From positions 75,976 to 139,975 of the forward strand of contig JACOYB010000004.1 in the NCBI GenBank assembly GCA_016182085.1: a stretch of 64,000 nt of DNA, given 5' to 3'. Positions 54,275-63,004 of the stretch are shown here, one piece after another. A program made the position numbers and the translations under genes. Origin of the DNA: Candidatus Magasanikiibacteriota bacterium. Its GTDB lineage: Bacteria > Patescibacteriota > Patescibacteriia > Magasanikbacterales > GWA2-37-8. The notes under the pieces are model-generated. The model had not been told where the DNA came from, did not search any database, and saw only the letters and a list, made by a program, of their open reading frames with translations. The first letter of the stretch is position 1, and the number at the start of each line of letters is the position of its first letter.

Positions 54275-55606
54275 TTGTTTTCCATGGAGCCAATTATCAA
54301 AACAGAAAATATTAAAGTTATATATAATAAAGGCCAAGATAATCAGTATATTGCGCTCAATGATATTAGTATAGAAGTATTTCCGGAAGAGTATTTAATT
54401 TTTTTCGGGCCATCCGGTTGCGGTAAATCAACCTTGCTCTATACGATTTTGGGGCTGCAGAAATTAAGCGAAGGCAAATTATATATAAAAGGCAAGGACA
54501 GCGCCTCTTTTTCGGAAGCTGAAAAACGGAACATGGATTCTCAGTTTTTTGGCATCGTATTTCAAAATTTTAACCTGATATACTCGTTAAATGTTTTGGA
54601 TAATATCACCTTGCCCCAGGTTTTTATTGAAGCCGACCAAGAAGCTAGAAAGGCGAAAGCACACACGCTGCTCGCTCGGTTTGGCATAGAGACCAGAGCC
54701 AAAAATTTACCGGCATCGCTCTCCGGCGGTCAGCAGCAACGCGTAGCTATTTGTCGGTCGCTTGTAAATGACCCGGTTGTGCTGCTAGCCGATGAGCCGG
54801 TCGGAAACTTGGATAGTGAATCGGCCAGGATCGTAATGGAAACACTTTGGGATATCAATAAAAAAGATAAAAAAACCGTTATTTTAGTTACCCACGACCC
54901 AAGCTACCTGCCATTTGCCGACCGTATATATTATTTCAAGGATGCAAAATTGGAAAAGGTGGTAAAAAACGCCAATCCGCAACCAATGCATGCCAAGCCA
55001 AACGAAACACCGCAGAGCCAAGGCCAAGATACACCGCTCGGAGAACTTGAAAAAATGGCGCGCGCGCATAATTTTATGACTGTGCCGCAGCTTAAGGCCT
55101 GGAGCGTAACCAATTATTTAACTGATGAATTTACGGTCAATCAATTGGAACGCTTGGAAAAATGCATGGAAGAAATACTCGCGGGAGAGTTGAGCGAACA
55201 TCAGTTTTTTGAGCGTTTAAATATGCCATATAGTGATGGCGGTGTTGGTTTGTATAGAGGCACGGCCATTAGATTTGTGCGCAAAATTTCTTCGGTTCTA
55301 AAAGAAGTTAAGGAATTTTTACAGCATCTAAAAATTAGCAAGGATCCGGAAAAAAATGCAAAGTTAGTTGATATGCTTCGGAAGTTTTTATTGGAAGAAT
55401 ATCGTGGTACCCTAAAGGAAGGGCAAATAGAGCTTTTGGAAAAAGGCATTAACGATCGTTTGCTTGGCGCAATGAGCGCGGCGCAATTTAGCGTGCTTTT
55501 GGACAAGCCGTTTGCCGAAGGGGGTGTCGGGTTAAATTCCCTTACGGCCGAACATTTATCCGAACGGCTAGAAATTATTTTGGCTCAAGCATATGAAGTC
55601 AGCTGA
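54275..55606 (+). CDS. ABC transporter ATP-binding protein (MacB/LolD-like) with C-terminal tandem-repeat extension
   Basis: Walker A FGPSGCGKSTLL, signature LSGGQQQRVAICRSL, Walker B LLADEPVGNLD. A ~200-aa C-terminal tail holds two related repeats (LNMPYSDGGVGLYRGTAIRFVRKI / LDKPFAEGGVGLNSLTAEHLSERL). Confidence 0.85.
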   Translation: MFSMEPIIKTENIKVIYNKGQDNQYIALNDISIEVFPEEYLIFFGPSGCGKSTLLYTILGLQKLSEGKLYIKGKDSASFSEAEKRNMDSQFFGIVFQNFNLIYSLNVLDNITLPQVFIEADQEARKAKAHTLLARFGIETRAKNLPASLSGGQQQRVAICRSLVNDPVVLLADEPVGNLDSESARIVMETLWDINKKDKKTVILVTHDPSYLPFADRIYYFKDAKLEKVVKNANPQPMHAKPNETPQSQGQDTPLGELEKMARAHNFMTVPQLKAWSVTNYLTDEFTVNQLERLEKCMEEILAGELSEHQFFERLNMPYSDGGVGLYRGTAIRFVRKISSVLKEVKEFLQHLKISKDPEKNAKLVDMLRKFLLEEYRGTLKEGQIELLEKGINDRLLGAMSAAQFSVLLDKPFAEGGVGLNSLTAEHLSERLEIILAQAYEVS

Positions 55607-56792
55607 TCTCTTTTCCTTATCAACTAGAATGTTTAGGACCAATCCATCTCGTACCTGGCTGACTGTTTTGGGTATCAGCGTAGGCATATCGGCGGTGTTA
55701 TTTTTGGTTTCACTCGGGTATGGACTGCAAAATGTTATTTTAGAGAAAATTGTTTTTAACCAGGCGTTGTTAAGTTTAGTTATTACTCCAAGTACGGATG
55801 TGATTATCCTAGACGACACTGCCATATCCGATATTTCTAAAATTTCAAATGTTGCCGATGTCGCGCCGCTCGCTAAATTTACCGGCCAGGTGTCGCTAGA
55901 CGGTATCAATGGAACTGTAGAAATGAGAGCTGTGGATTCTCCCTATTTTTCTTATTCTGGTACGGCGGTAAAATTTGGCAGTCTGTATGAAGAAAATGAT
56001 CAAAATCAAATATTGATATCCGAAGCGGTGCTCCAGCTATTTGGCATTACGGATCCCAATTTAGTTTTAGGAAAGCAGGTTAATTTAAAAATTTTTAACA
56101 GTAAAACTACTTTGGGTCAGGAGCAGCTTGAGATTGTTGATATCCCCGTTAAATATACGATAAAAGGGATTATAGAAGACAATCAAGAGAGTTATGTTTT
56201 TTTATCGCTCAAAGAAACGACCGGTTATTTAAAAGTTAGCAGCTACGAACAAGCCCGAGTAAAAGCAAATAGCAGCAATGATTTGCCATTTATAAAAGAA
56301 GAGGTTATCGCGAGAGGCTATCAAACACAGTCGCTTTCAGAAACCATTGATCAGGCCAATAAAATTTTCCGGGTTATTCAAATTGTTTTGGGGCTTTTCG
56401 GCGCCGTGGCGCTCGTTGTTTCTTCCATCGGCATGTTTAATACCATGACGGTTACGCTCCTGGAGCGTACCAATGAAATTGGTATTATGAGATCGCTTGG
56501 AGCAAGCCGGAGTAATTTACGCAACTTATTTTTATCCGAGTCGGTCATCATCGGATTTTTAGGCGGGTTGGTTGGTACGGCCATCGGCATAATGGGCGGC
56601 CAGATTTTTAATTTTGCAATTAATAGTCTGGCGGCAAAATTTGGCGGCGCCAAAACCGACCTATTTGTGTATCCGGTTTCATTCCTGCTTATCATTATTT
56701 TTCTTTCAGTTTTTATCGGATTCTTGTCCGGTATTTTTCCAGCCCGCCGCGCCGCGGGTATGGACCCTTTAGAGGCATTGCGGTATAAGTAA
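55593..56792 (+). CDS. ABC transporter permease, FtsX/MacB-like with periplasmic core domain
   Basis: 399 aa. N-terminal TM, large extracytoplasmic domain, C-terminal FtsX-type TM bundle (IGIMRSLGASRSNLRNLFLSESVIIGFLGGLVG). Overlaps the ATPase gene by 14 nt. Confidence 0.85.
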   Translation: MKSADLFSLSTRMFRTNPSRTWLTVLGISVGISAVLFLVSLGYGLQNVILEKIVFNQALLSLVITPSTDVIILDDTAISDISKISNVADVAPLAKFTGQVSLDGINGTVEMRAVDSPYFSYSGTAVKFGSLYEENDQNQILISEAVLQLFGITDPNLVLGKQVNLKIFNSKTTLGQEQLEIVDIPVKYTIKGIIEDNQESYVFLSLKETTGYLKVSSYEQARVKANSSNDLPFIKEEVIARGYQTQSLSETIDQANKIFRVIQIVLGLFGAVALVVSSIGMFNTMTVTLLERTNEIGIMRSLGASRSNLRNLFLSESVIIGFLGGLVGTAIGIMGGQIFNFAINSLAAKFGGAKTDLFVYPVSFLLIIIFLSVFIGFLSGIFPARRAAGMDPLEALRYK

Positions 56793-56811
56793 AACATCCT
56801 TGGTTTCGGGG

Positions 56812-56839
56812 TTGACTTTAAAATTTTTAATGGTAAAAT
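56812..56839 (+). promoter_or_regulatory. sigma70-like promoter (TTGACT-16-TAAAAT) followed by UUCG-type hairpin
   Basis: ttgactttaaaatttttaatggtaaaat. Downstream hairpin tccgcttcgggcgga. Confidence 0.45.
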
Positions 56840-56900
56840 ATTAAAAAGTTTCCGCTTCGGGCGGACGGATGTTTGATAGAAGTTCTAAATATATTGATGT

Positions 56901-57317
56901 ATGCAAAATTCTCAGATCAATAGAGTGGTGAGATTAGTAAGGAGAACCGGCGAAAAAGCGGTAATTATGGATACCGAATCAGATGCAGTCATGATGCTTA
57001 TGGATCTTGGCGCTTATGAAAAGATGCTGGAGAACTCTGAAGGGATAGAGAAATTAACCGAAGAAGAATTGATGGAGAAGATTAATAGAGATGTGGCCGT
57101 CTGGCGCGCCTATAATGATAAAGAACGACTGGAAACAATTGATAAGGTCGTAGAAAAGCCGGTACCAGCGCAACCAGCTAAGATTGAGCCTGAAAAACCG
57201 CGAGAAAACAAAGCCGTAACTCTCGATTATGGCGCTACTGTTGGTCCGGAAGAATCAGTGAGCGACATTGCTTCAGAAGAAGGGGAGGAGAAGTTCTACT
57301 TAGAACCAGTAGAGTAG
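56901..57317 (+). CDS. hypothetical acidic protein
   Basis: 138 aa with an E-rich C-terminal half. No motif recognised. Confidence 0.4.
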   Translation: MQNSQINRVVRLVRRTGEKAVIMDTESDAVMMLMDLGAYEKMLENSEGIEKLTEEELMEKINRDVAVWRAYNDKERLETIDKVVEKPVPAQPAKIEPEKPRENKAVTLDYGATVGPEESVSDIASEEGEEKFYLEPVE

Positions 57318-57364
57318 GGGGTAAAAAAGGGAAAAAACCCATTTCCTATCCACAATTTGTCCCC

Positions 57365-57393
57365 TTGCAATTTTTTTATTTATCTGCTACAAT
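57365..57393 (+). promoter_or_regulatory. tuf promoter (TTGCAA-17-TACAAT) with palindromic leader element
   Basis: ttgcaatttttttatttatctgctacaat. The leader contains the near-perfect palindrome ttccgaagggatcccttcgggaa at 57452-57474. Confidence 0.5.
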
Positions 57394-57538
57394 GCTCACG
57401 CTATTAAACTTTATTGAATAATTAGCAAAATTTTAATAATTTTAACATAAATTCCGAAGGGATCCCTTCGGGAAATAACGGCTGGACAAAAAATCTATTC
57501 CGACCACTCGGTAATAGTGCCGTATAAGGATTAAACTT

Positions 57539-58726
57539 ATGGCTGAGTTTATTAGAAACAAGCCACACGTAAATATTGGTACTATTGGTCACGTTGACCA
57601 TGGTAAAACTACGCTAACCGCAGCTATTTTGTCAGTTTTGCGCAGCCGTGGTGGAGCCGCTTCAAACAAGGGTGTTGATGATTTGGATAAATCTCCAGAG
57701 TCAAAAGCTCGTGGTATTACCATTTCTACCGCTCACGTAGAATATGAAACCGATAACAGACACTATGCTCACGTTGACTGTCCAGGTCACGCTGACTATG
57801 TTAAAAACATGATTACCGGCGCTGCTCAAATGGACGGCGCTATCCTTGTAGTTTCTGCCGCTGACGGTCCGATGCCTCAGACTCGTGAGCACATCTTGCT
57901 TGCTCGTCAGGTAGGTGTACCTTATATCGTTGTTTTCTTAAACAAAGTTGATCAGGTTTCTGATCCAGAACTTATTGATCTCGTAGAAGCCGAAGTTCGC
58001 GATCTCTTAAAGAAGTACGAATTCCCTGGCGACACCACTCCTATCATCCGCGGTTCCGCTTTGCAGGCTTTGCAAAACCCAACCGATGAAGCTGCTTCTA
58101 AGCCAGTTTTGGACTTAATGAAAGCAGTTGATGAATATATTCCTCAACCAGTGCGTGATACTGACAAGCCATTCCTGATGCCTATTGAAGACGTATTCTC
58201 CATTGAAGGCCGCGGTACGGTAGTAACCGGTCGTATGGAAAGAGGTATCGTTCACATTAACGATGAAGCTGAAATCGTAGGTATCAAAGATACCCAAAAG
58301 ACTGTTGTTACCGGTGTGGAAATGTTTAACAAACAGCTTAAAGAAGGTCAGGCTGGCGACAACGTTGGTTTGTTGCTTCGCGGTACCAAGAAGGAAGATG
58401 TAGAACGTGGTATGGTAATCGCCAAACCAGGCACTATCACTCCCCACACTGATTTTGAAGCTCAAGTATATATCTTGACCAAAGATGAAGGCGGCAGACA
58501 CAAACCATTCTTCAAAGGTTATAAACCACAGTTCTATATCAGAACTACCGATGTAACCGGTGAAGTAGAACTCGCAGCTGGCACTGAAATGGTTATGCCT
58601 GGCGACACTATCAGCTTTACTGTTAAATTAATTACTCCAGTAGCGATGGAAGACAAGATGAATTTTGCTATCCGCGAGGGTGGTAAAACCGTAGGCGCTG
58701 GTGTAGTAACTAAAATCTTAAAATAA
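57539..58726 (+). CDS. tuf: elongation factor Tu
   Basis: 395 aa. [26 protein letters not shown]. Confidence 0.96.
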   Translation: MAEFIRNKPHVNIGTIGHVDHGKTTLTAAILSVLRSRGGAASNKGVDDLDKSPESKARGITISTAHVEYETDNRHYAHVDCPGHADYVKNMITGAAQMDGAILVVSAADGPMPQTREHILLARQVGVPYIVVFLNKVDQVSDPELIDLVEAEVRDLLKKYEFPGDTTPIIRGSALQALQNPTDEAASKPVLDLMKAVDEYIPQPVRDTDKPFLMPIEDVFSIEGRGTVVTGRMERGIVHINDEAEIVGIKDTQKTVVTGVEMFNKQLKEGQAGDNVGLLLRGTKKEDVERGMVIAKPGTITPHTDFEAQVYILTKDEGGRHKPFFKGYKPQFYIRTTDVTGEVELAAGTEMVMPGDTISFTVKLITPVAMEDKMNFAIREGGKTVGAGVVTKILK

Positions 58727-58735
58727 TTGTTGATG

Positions 58736-58775
58736 CCCCGCCCCGACGCTTAGTTGGGGCGGGGTTATCTCGTTC
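58736..58775 (+). terminator. GC-rich hairpin (attenuator/terminator) between tuf and rpsJ
   Basis: ccccgccccgacgcttagttggggcgggg, then a U-rich tract ending 3 nt before the rpsJ ATG. Confidence 0.55.
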
Positions 58776-58778
58776 CTT

Positions 58779-59120
58779 ATGAAAGATACTCAGCACAAAA
58801 AAACCGTGGAGGAAACTATTAGCCGAATTAGAATTAAGATTCGTGCTTATGATAACAAAATTATAGATCAGGCTACCAAAAATATCATTGAGACAGCCGA
58901 ACGTCATGGCGCCCAAATCGTTGGTCCGATTCCTTTGCCTACCGAAAAGACCAAATTTACCGTAAACCGTTCCACTTTTGTGCATAAAGATGCCCGCGAA
59001 CAATACGAAATGCGCGTTCATAAACGATTGATTGATATTTTAAATCCTACTGCCAAAACCGTAGATGCGCTCATGAGTTTGCAAGTTCCAGCCGGTGTAG
59101 ACATCGAAATAAAAATGTAA
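58779..59120 (+). CDS. rpsJ: 30S ribosomal protein S10
   Basis: [43 protein letters not shown]. ~15-aa N-terminal extension if the start is at 58779. Confidence 0.88.
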   Translation: MKDTQHKKTVEETISRIRIKIRAYDNKIIDQATKNIIETAERHGAQIVGPIPLPTEKTKFTVNRSTFVHKDAREQYEMRVHKRLIDILNPTAKTVDALMSLQVPAGVDIEIKM

Positions 59121-59145
59121 GGCGGTACATTTATTCTGCCCGCCC

Positions 59146-59174
59146 TTGACAGATATAAAAAAATATAGTAAAAT
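59146..59174 (+). promoter_or_regulatory. internal promoter (TTGACA-17-TAAAAT) in the rpsJ-rplC spacer
   Basis: ttgacagatataaaaaaatatagtaaaat. Followed by a ~260-nt leader with inverted repeat ctagaaacaa...ttgtttctag (59333-59397). Confidence 0.45.
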
Positions 59175-59434
59175 CCGGATAACAAAATTGTTGATTTTGG
59201 CCTAGTAAATAAGATGCATAGCAAAACATTTATCAGGCCTCAAAAAACAAGGAGAAAATTATTTCAAAATAAATTCACATAAGGCCAATCTAAGCAAAGC
59301 CCTGTGTTGTATAGGGTAGAAAAGTAGATAAGGCTAGAAACAAAAGCATGTTTTTTAATGCTAATTTTAGCGGAAAAAGCAGGTTATTGTTTCTAGTTTT
59401 TTAAATAAGAAAAGCAGAAAGAATTGGATGTAGT

Positions 59435-60187
59435 ATGAAATTCATTTTAGGTAAAAAAATAGGCATGACTCAAGTGTTTTTGCCAAGTGGAATGGTAGTA
59501 CCAGTTACAAAAGTACAAGCCGGCCCTTGCCAAATTACTGAAGTGAGAGTTGATACAAAGAATGGAACCAAGGCCGTTCAGATTGGTTTTGGTGAAACCA
59601 AAGAAGTCAGATTAGCTCAACCACAGGTGGGTCATTTAAAAGATTTAAGTAAAGTTAGAAACCTAAGAGATTTTAAAATTGAAACTAATTCCGAAGTAAA
59701 AAGAGGCGATACGATTACGGTAGAAGCATTTACTACCGGTGATAAAGTTTTGGTAGTGGGAGAATCCAAAGGTAAAGGTTTTGCCGGTGTGGTAAAACGC
59801 CATCATTTCCGAGGCGGACCCGCTTCTCATGGTCATAAAGACAATTTGCGCATGCCTGGTTCCATTGGCGCCGGCGGTGTACAAAGAGTTTTCAAAGGCA
59901 TGAGAATGGGTGGCCGCATGGGCGGTGACAGAGTTACCATAAAAAATTTGGAAATTGTTGAAGTACATCCTGAAACTAACGAGCTGTTTATCAAAGGCGC
60001 TGTGCCGGGCGGACGCAACGCACTACTCCTTATTAGCGCTGAAGGCGAATTAAAAGTGACTCACCTTGTGAGTCATCCTGAGCAAAGCGAAGGATCTATT
60101 GAAGTAGCTCCGGTTGAAGAAGTGCAAGCCGAACCTGTAGCTGAAGCGGTAGCCGAAACAACCAATAACGAAAATCAATCCGTATAA
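59435..60187 (+). CDS. rplC: 50S ribosomal protein L3 (with acidic C-terminal extension)
   Basis: MKFILGKKIGMTQVF...GKGFAGVVKRHHF. ~40 extra C-terminal residues. Confidence 0.9.
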   Translation: MKFILGKKIGMTQVFLPSGMVVPVTKVQAGPCQITEVRVDTKNGTKAVQIGFGETKEVRLAQPQVGHLKDLSKVRNLRDFKIETNSEVKRGDTITVEAFTTGDKVLVVGESKGKGFAGVVKRHHFRGGPASHGHKDNLRMPGSIGAGGVQRVFKGMRMGGRMGGDRVTIKNLEIVEVHPETNELFIKGAVPGGRNALLLISAEGELKVTHLVSHPEQSEGSIEVAPVEEVQAEPVAEAVAETTNNENQSV

Positions 60188-60268
60188 AAAATACTATATA
60201 GTTAAAACATATAATCTCATTCGTTCGAAAATGTTAACAAGTTACCATTTTGCTCACTCATATCGATT

Positions 60269-60901
60269 ATGAAAATAAAAGTCTACAATCTAGAAGGTAA
60301 AGAAACTGGCGAGATGAATCTTTCCGACAGTATTTTTGGCGTAAAGGTAAAGCCGGAAATTGTGCATGAAGTATTTGTGGCTTTGCAAAATAACCAACGA
60401 GAACCATGGGCTGACACCAAAAACAGAGGTGAGGTCAGAGGTGGTGGCAAGAAGCCTTGGCAGCAAAAAGGCACTGGCCGCGCCCGTCACGGTTCTATCC
60501 GTTCGCCAATTTGGAAGGGCGGCGGCGTGACATTTGGTCCGCTTTCCATTCGCAATTATAAAACAAAGATCAATAAAAAAACCAGACAGGCCGCGCTTAG
60601 AATGTGTTTGACCGATCGTGCTGAAAATAAAGCGCTCTGGGTGTTTGAGGATTTTAATTTTGCCGAACCGAAGACAAAACTATTTGTTAAATTTTTGGGA
60701 TCATTACCAGCCAAGGCAAAATCATTCTTGGTGCTCACCCCTGGTAAAAATGATACGGTTTTGCGCATGACCAGAAATTTGAAATCAGTGAAAACTACCC
60801 GTGTTGAAGATGTAAATGTTATGGATGTATTATCAAAATCAGTCGTGCTTGCCAGTAAATTAGGTATAGAAAAGTTGGAAGCAACCCTAAATAAAGCTTA
60901 G
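60269..60901 (+). CDS. rplD: 50S ribosomal protein L4
   Basis: 210 aa. KPWQQKGTGRARHGSIRSPIWKGGGVTFGP. Confidence 0.9.
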   Translation: MKIKVYNLEGKETGEMNLSDSIFGVKVKPEIVHEVFVALQNNQREPWADTKNRGEVRGGGKKPWQQKGTGRARHGSIRSPIWKGGGVTFGPLSIRNYKTKINKKTRQAALRMCLTDRAENKALWVFEDFNFAEPKTKLFVKFLGSLPAKAKSFLVLTPGKNDTVLRMTRNLKSVKTTRVEDVNVMDVLSKSVVLASKLGIEKLEATLNKA

Positions 60902-60913
60902 AATTAAAATAGT

Positions 60914-61384
60914 ATGGGTTTAATCAATAATTGGTTACATAAGAAAGATAAAGAACAGTTGCATAAAGCTGGTGAGAAAAAATCACAAGCTGTGGTTGTG
61001 GCCGAAGAAAAACCGAAAGCCCCAAAAAAGAAAAAAGAACACGATCATAAAGATCATGAGGCTAAGCCGGTAAAATCCACCGTGAAAGTATCTGCCGGCA
61101 GCGCCGCGTTTAAAGTGCTTGTAAAGCCGCTGGTTACGGAAAAAAGCGCGATTGCCGAAAGCAGTAATAAATATAGTTTTTTAGTAAATAAGCTAGCTAA
61201 CAAAAATCAGATCAAATCTGCGGTCGCTGAAATTTACGGTGTAGCCCCAATTCAAGTAAATGTAGCCAATGTGGAAGGACGTGCCGTAAGATTTGGCAGA
61301 TCTTTGGGACGCCGCAGTGATTATAAAAAAGCGATTGTGACCTTGCCAGCCGGTAAGACCATAGATATTCACACTGGAGTTTAA
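60914..61384 (+). CDS. rplW: 50S ribosomal protein L23 with ~60-aa lysine-rich N-terminal extension
   Basis: C-terminal 95 aa (KPLVTEKSAIAES...YSFLVNKLANKNQIKSAVAEIYGVAPIQVNV) is canonical L23. The N-terminus is K/E-rich low complexity. Confidence 0.85.
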   Translation: MGLINNWLHKKDKEQLHKAGEKKSQAVVVAEEKPKAPKKKKEHDHKDHEAKPVKSTVKVSAGSAAFKVLVKPLVTEKSAIAESSNKYSFLVNKLANKNQIKSAVAEIYGVAPIQVNVANVEGRAVRFGRSLGRRSDYKKAIVTLPAGKTIDIHTGV

Positions 61385-61392
61385 TAATATAT

Positions 61393-62238
61393 ATGCCGAT
61401 TAAGATTTACAAACCAACAAGCGACGGACGACGCCATTCAAGCGTGCAGTCTTTTTCTGATATTACCAAAAAGAAACCGGAGAAGTCTTTGGTTGTTTTC
61501 TTAACCCCAAGTTCCGGCCGCAATAATCAGGGCGTGCTTACCGTCAGACATCAGGGCAGCGGCGTGAAACAATTTTATCGTTTAGTAGATTTTAAATTAC
61601 AAAAATTTGATGCTGAAGCCAAAGTGTTGGCCATTGAATACGATCCAAATCGCGGCCCGCGTATTGCTTTGGTGCAATATACTGATGGTACAAAATCCTA
61701 CGTACTCGCTCCGCAAGATTTAAACGTTGGCGGCACTATCATGTCTTCTCAAAAAGCTATTGAAGCTAAAGTTGGCAACCGTATGCCTTTGGAGTTTATT
61801 CCAGTTGGTATGTTTATCCACAATCTTGAATTAACTCCGGGTAAGGGTGGGCAGTTAGTACGCGGTGCCGGTCTAGCAGCTCAAATAGTTGGTAAAGAAG
61901 ACGACTATGTTTTGGTAAAATTGCCATCCGGAGAAGTGAGAAAAGTATTAAAAGAATGCGCAGCCACCGTTGGTTCAATGGGTAATCCGGATTATGGTTT
62001 GATTCGCTGGGGTAAGGCTGGCCGCAACCGCATGCGCGGTATTCGTCCTCGTGTAAACGGTAAGAACATGAATCCTGTTGATCACCCGCATGGTGGTGGT
62101 GAGGGTCATAACCCAATTGGTCAGAAACGAGGCCCGCAAACCATTTATGGTAAACCTGCAATGGGTGTGAAGACTCGCAAACCAGGAAAATGGAGCGATA
62201 AATTTGTGGTTAAATCACGCAAAGTTAAATCCGTATAA
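61393..62238 (+). CDS. rplB: 50S ribosomal protein L2
   Basis: 281 aa. MNPVDHPHGGGEGHNPIG. Confidence 0.95.
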   Translation: MPIKIYKPTSDGRRHSSVQSFSDITKKKPEKSLVVFLTPSSGRNNQGVLTVRHQGSGVKQFYRLVDFKLQKFDAEAKVLAIEYDPNRGPRIALVQYTDGTKSYVLAPQDLNVGGTIMSSQKAIEAKVGNRMPLEFIPVGMFIHNLELTPGKGGQLVRGAGLAAQIVGKEDDYVLVKLPSGEVRKVLKECAATVGSMGNPDYGLIRWGKAGRNRMRGIRPRVNGKNMNPVDHPHGGGEGHNPIGQKRGPQTIYGKPAMGVKTRKPGKWSDKFVVKSRKVKSV

Positions 62239-62255
62239 TATAAGGCATTAATTGT

Positions 62256-62594
62256 ATGTCAAGAAGTTTAAAAAAAGGCCCTTACGTTGATCCGAGAGTG
62301 TTAAATAAGGTGTTGAAAGTAAAGGCCAGCGGTAAAAGACAACCAATAAAGACCTGGTCCAGAGCCTGCGTGATTTCTCCGGAAATGGTAGCTCAAACTT
62401 TTTTAGTTCACAACGGTAAAGATTTTTTGACCGTACTGGTAGAAGAAAATATGGTAGGCCATCGCTTGGGTGAATTTGCTCCGACCAAAAAATTTGTCCG
62501 ACATGGCGGTAAAATGGCCAAAGATCAAGAAGGCGCCGCTGCAGCCGCAGCTAGCGCTAAACCGGCAGCCGCTAGTCCGGAAAAGAAAAAATAA
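62256..62594 (+). CDS. rpsS: 30S ribosomal protein S19 with Ala-rich C-terminal tail
   Basis: [19 protein letters not shown]...VHNGKDF. ~25-aa tail [24 protein letters not shown]. Confidence 0.9.
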   Translation: MSRSLKKGPYVDPRVLNKVLKVKASGKRQPIKTWSRACVISPEMVAQTFLVHNGKDFLTVLVEENMVGHRLGEFAPTKKFVRHGGKMAKDQEGAAAAAASAKPAAASPEKKK

Positions 62595-62615
62595 GTGAAA
62601 TACGAATAAAATAAT

Positions 62616-62993
62616 ATGACTGAAGTAACAGCAAAATTGAGATTTTTGAGAATGGGGCCTCGTAAGGTTCGTCTTGTGGCTGATATGATCCGCGGTAAAA
62701 AGGTGTCACAAGCCCTTGATATTTTGTCCGTATTGCCAAAAAGAGCGGCTCGTCCAGTTTTGAAGTTGCTTAACTCCGCTGTTGCCAATGCCAAACATAA
62801 CCACTCTTTGGCTGTGGAAGATCTGAAAGTTTCGCAAATTTATGTGGATGGCGGTCCGGTGCTAAAGAGATCAATGCCAAAAGCGCATGGTCGCGCTACG
62901 CCGATTAGAGAACGTACCAGCCATATTAATTTGGTTTTAGCAGTATTTGATAAAAAAACCAAAAAAGAAAAAGTTAAAGAAAGTTCTAAATAA
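62616..62993 (+). CDS. rplV: 50S ribosomal protein L22
   Basis: 125 aa. AKLRFLRMGPRKVRLVADMIRGKKVSQALDIL. Confidence 0.9.
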   Translation: MTEVTAKLRFLRMGPRKVRLVADMIRGKKVSQALDILSVLPKRAARPVLKLLNSAVANAKHNHSLAVEDLKVSQIYVDGGPVLKRSMPKAHGRATPIRERTSHINLVLAVFDKKTKKEKVKESSK

Positions 62994-63004
62994 TTATTTC
63001 ACGT

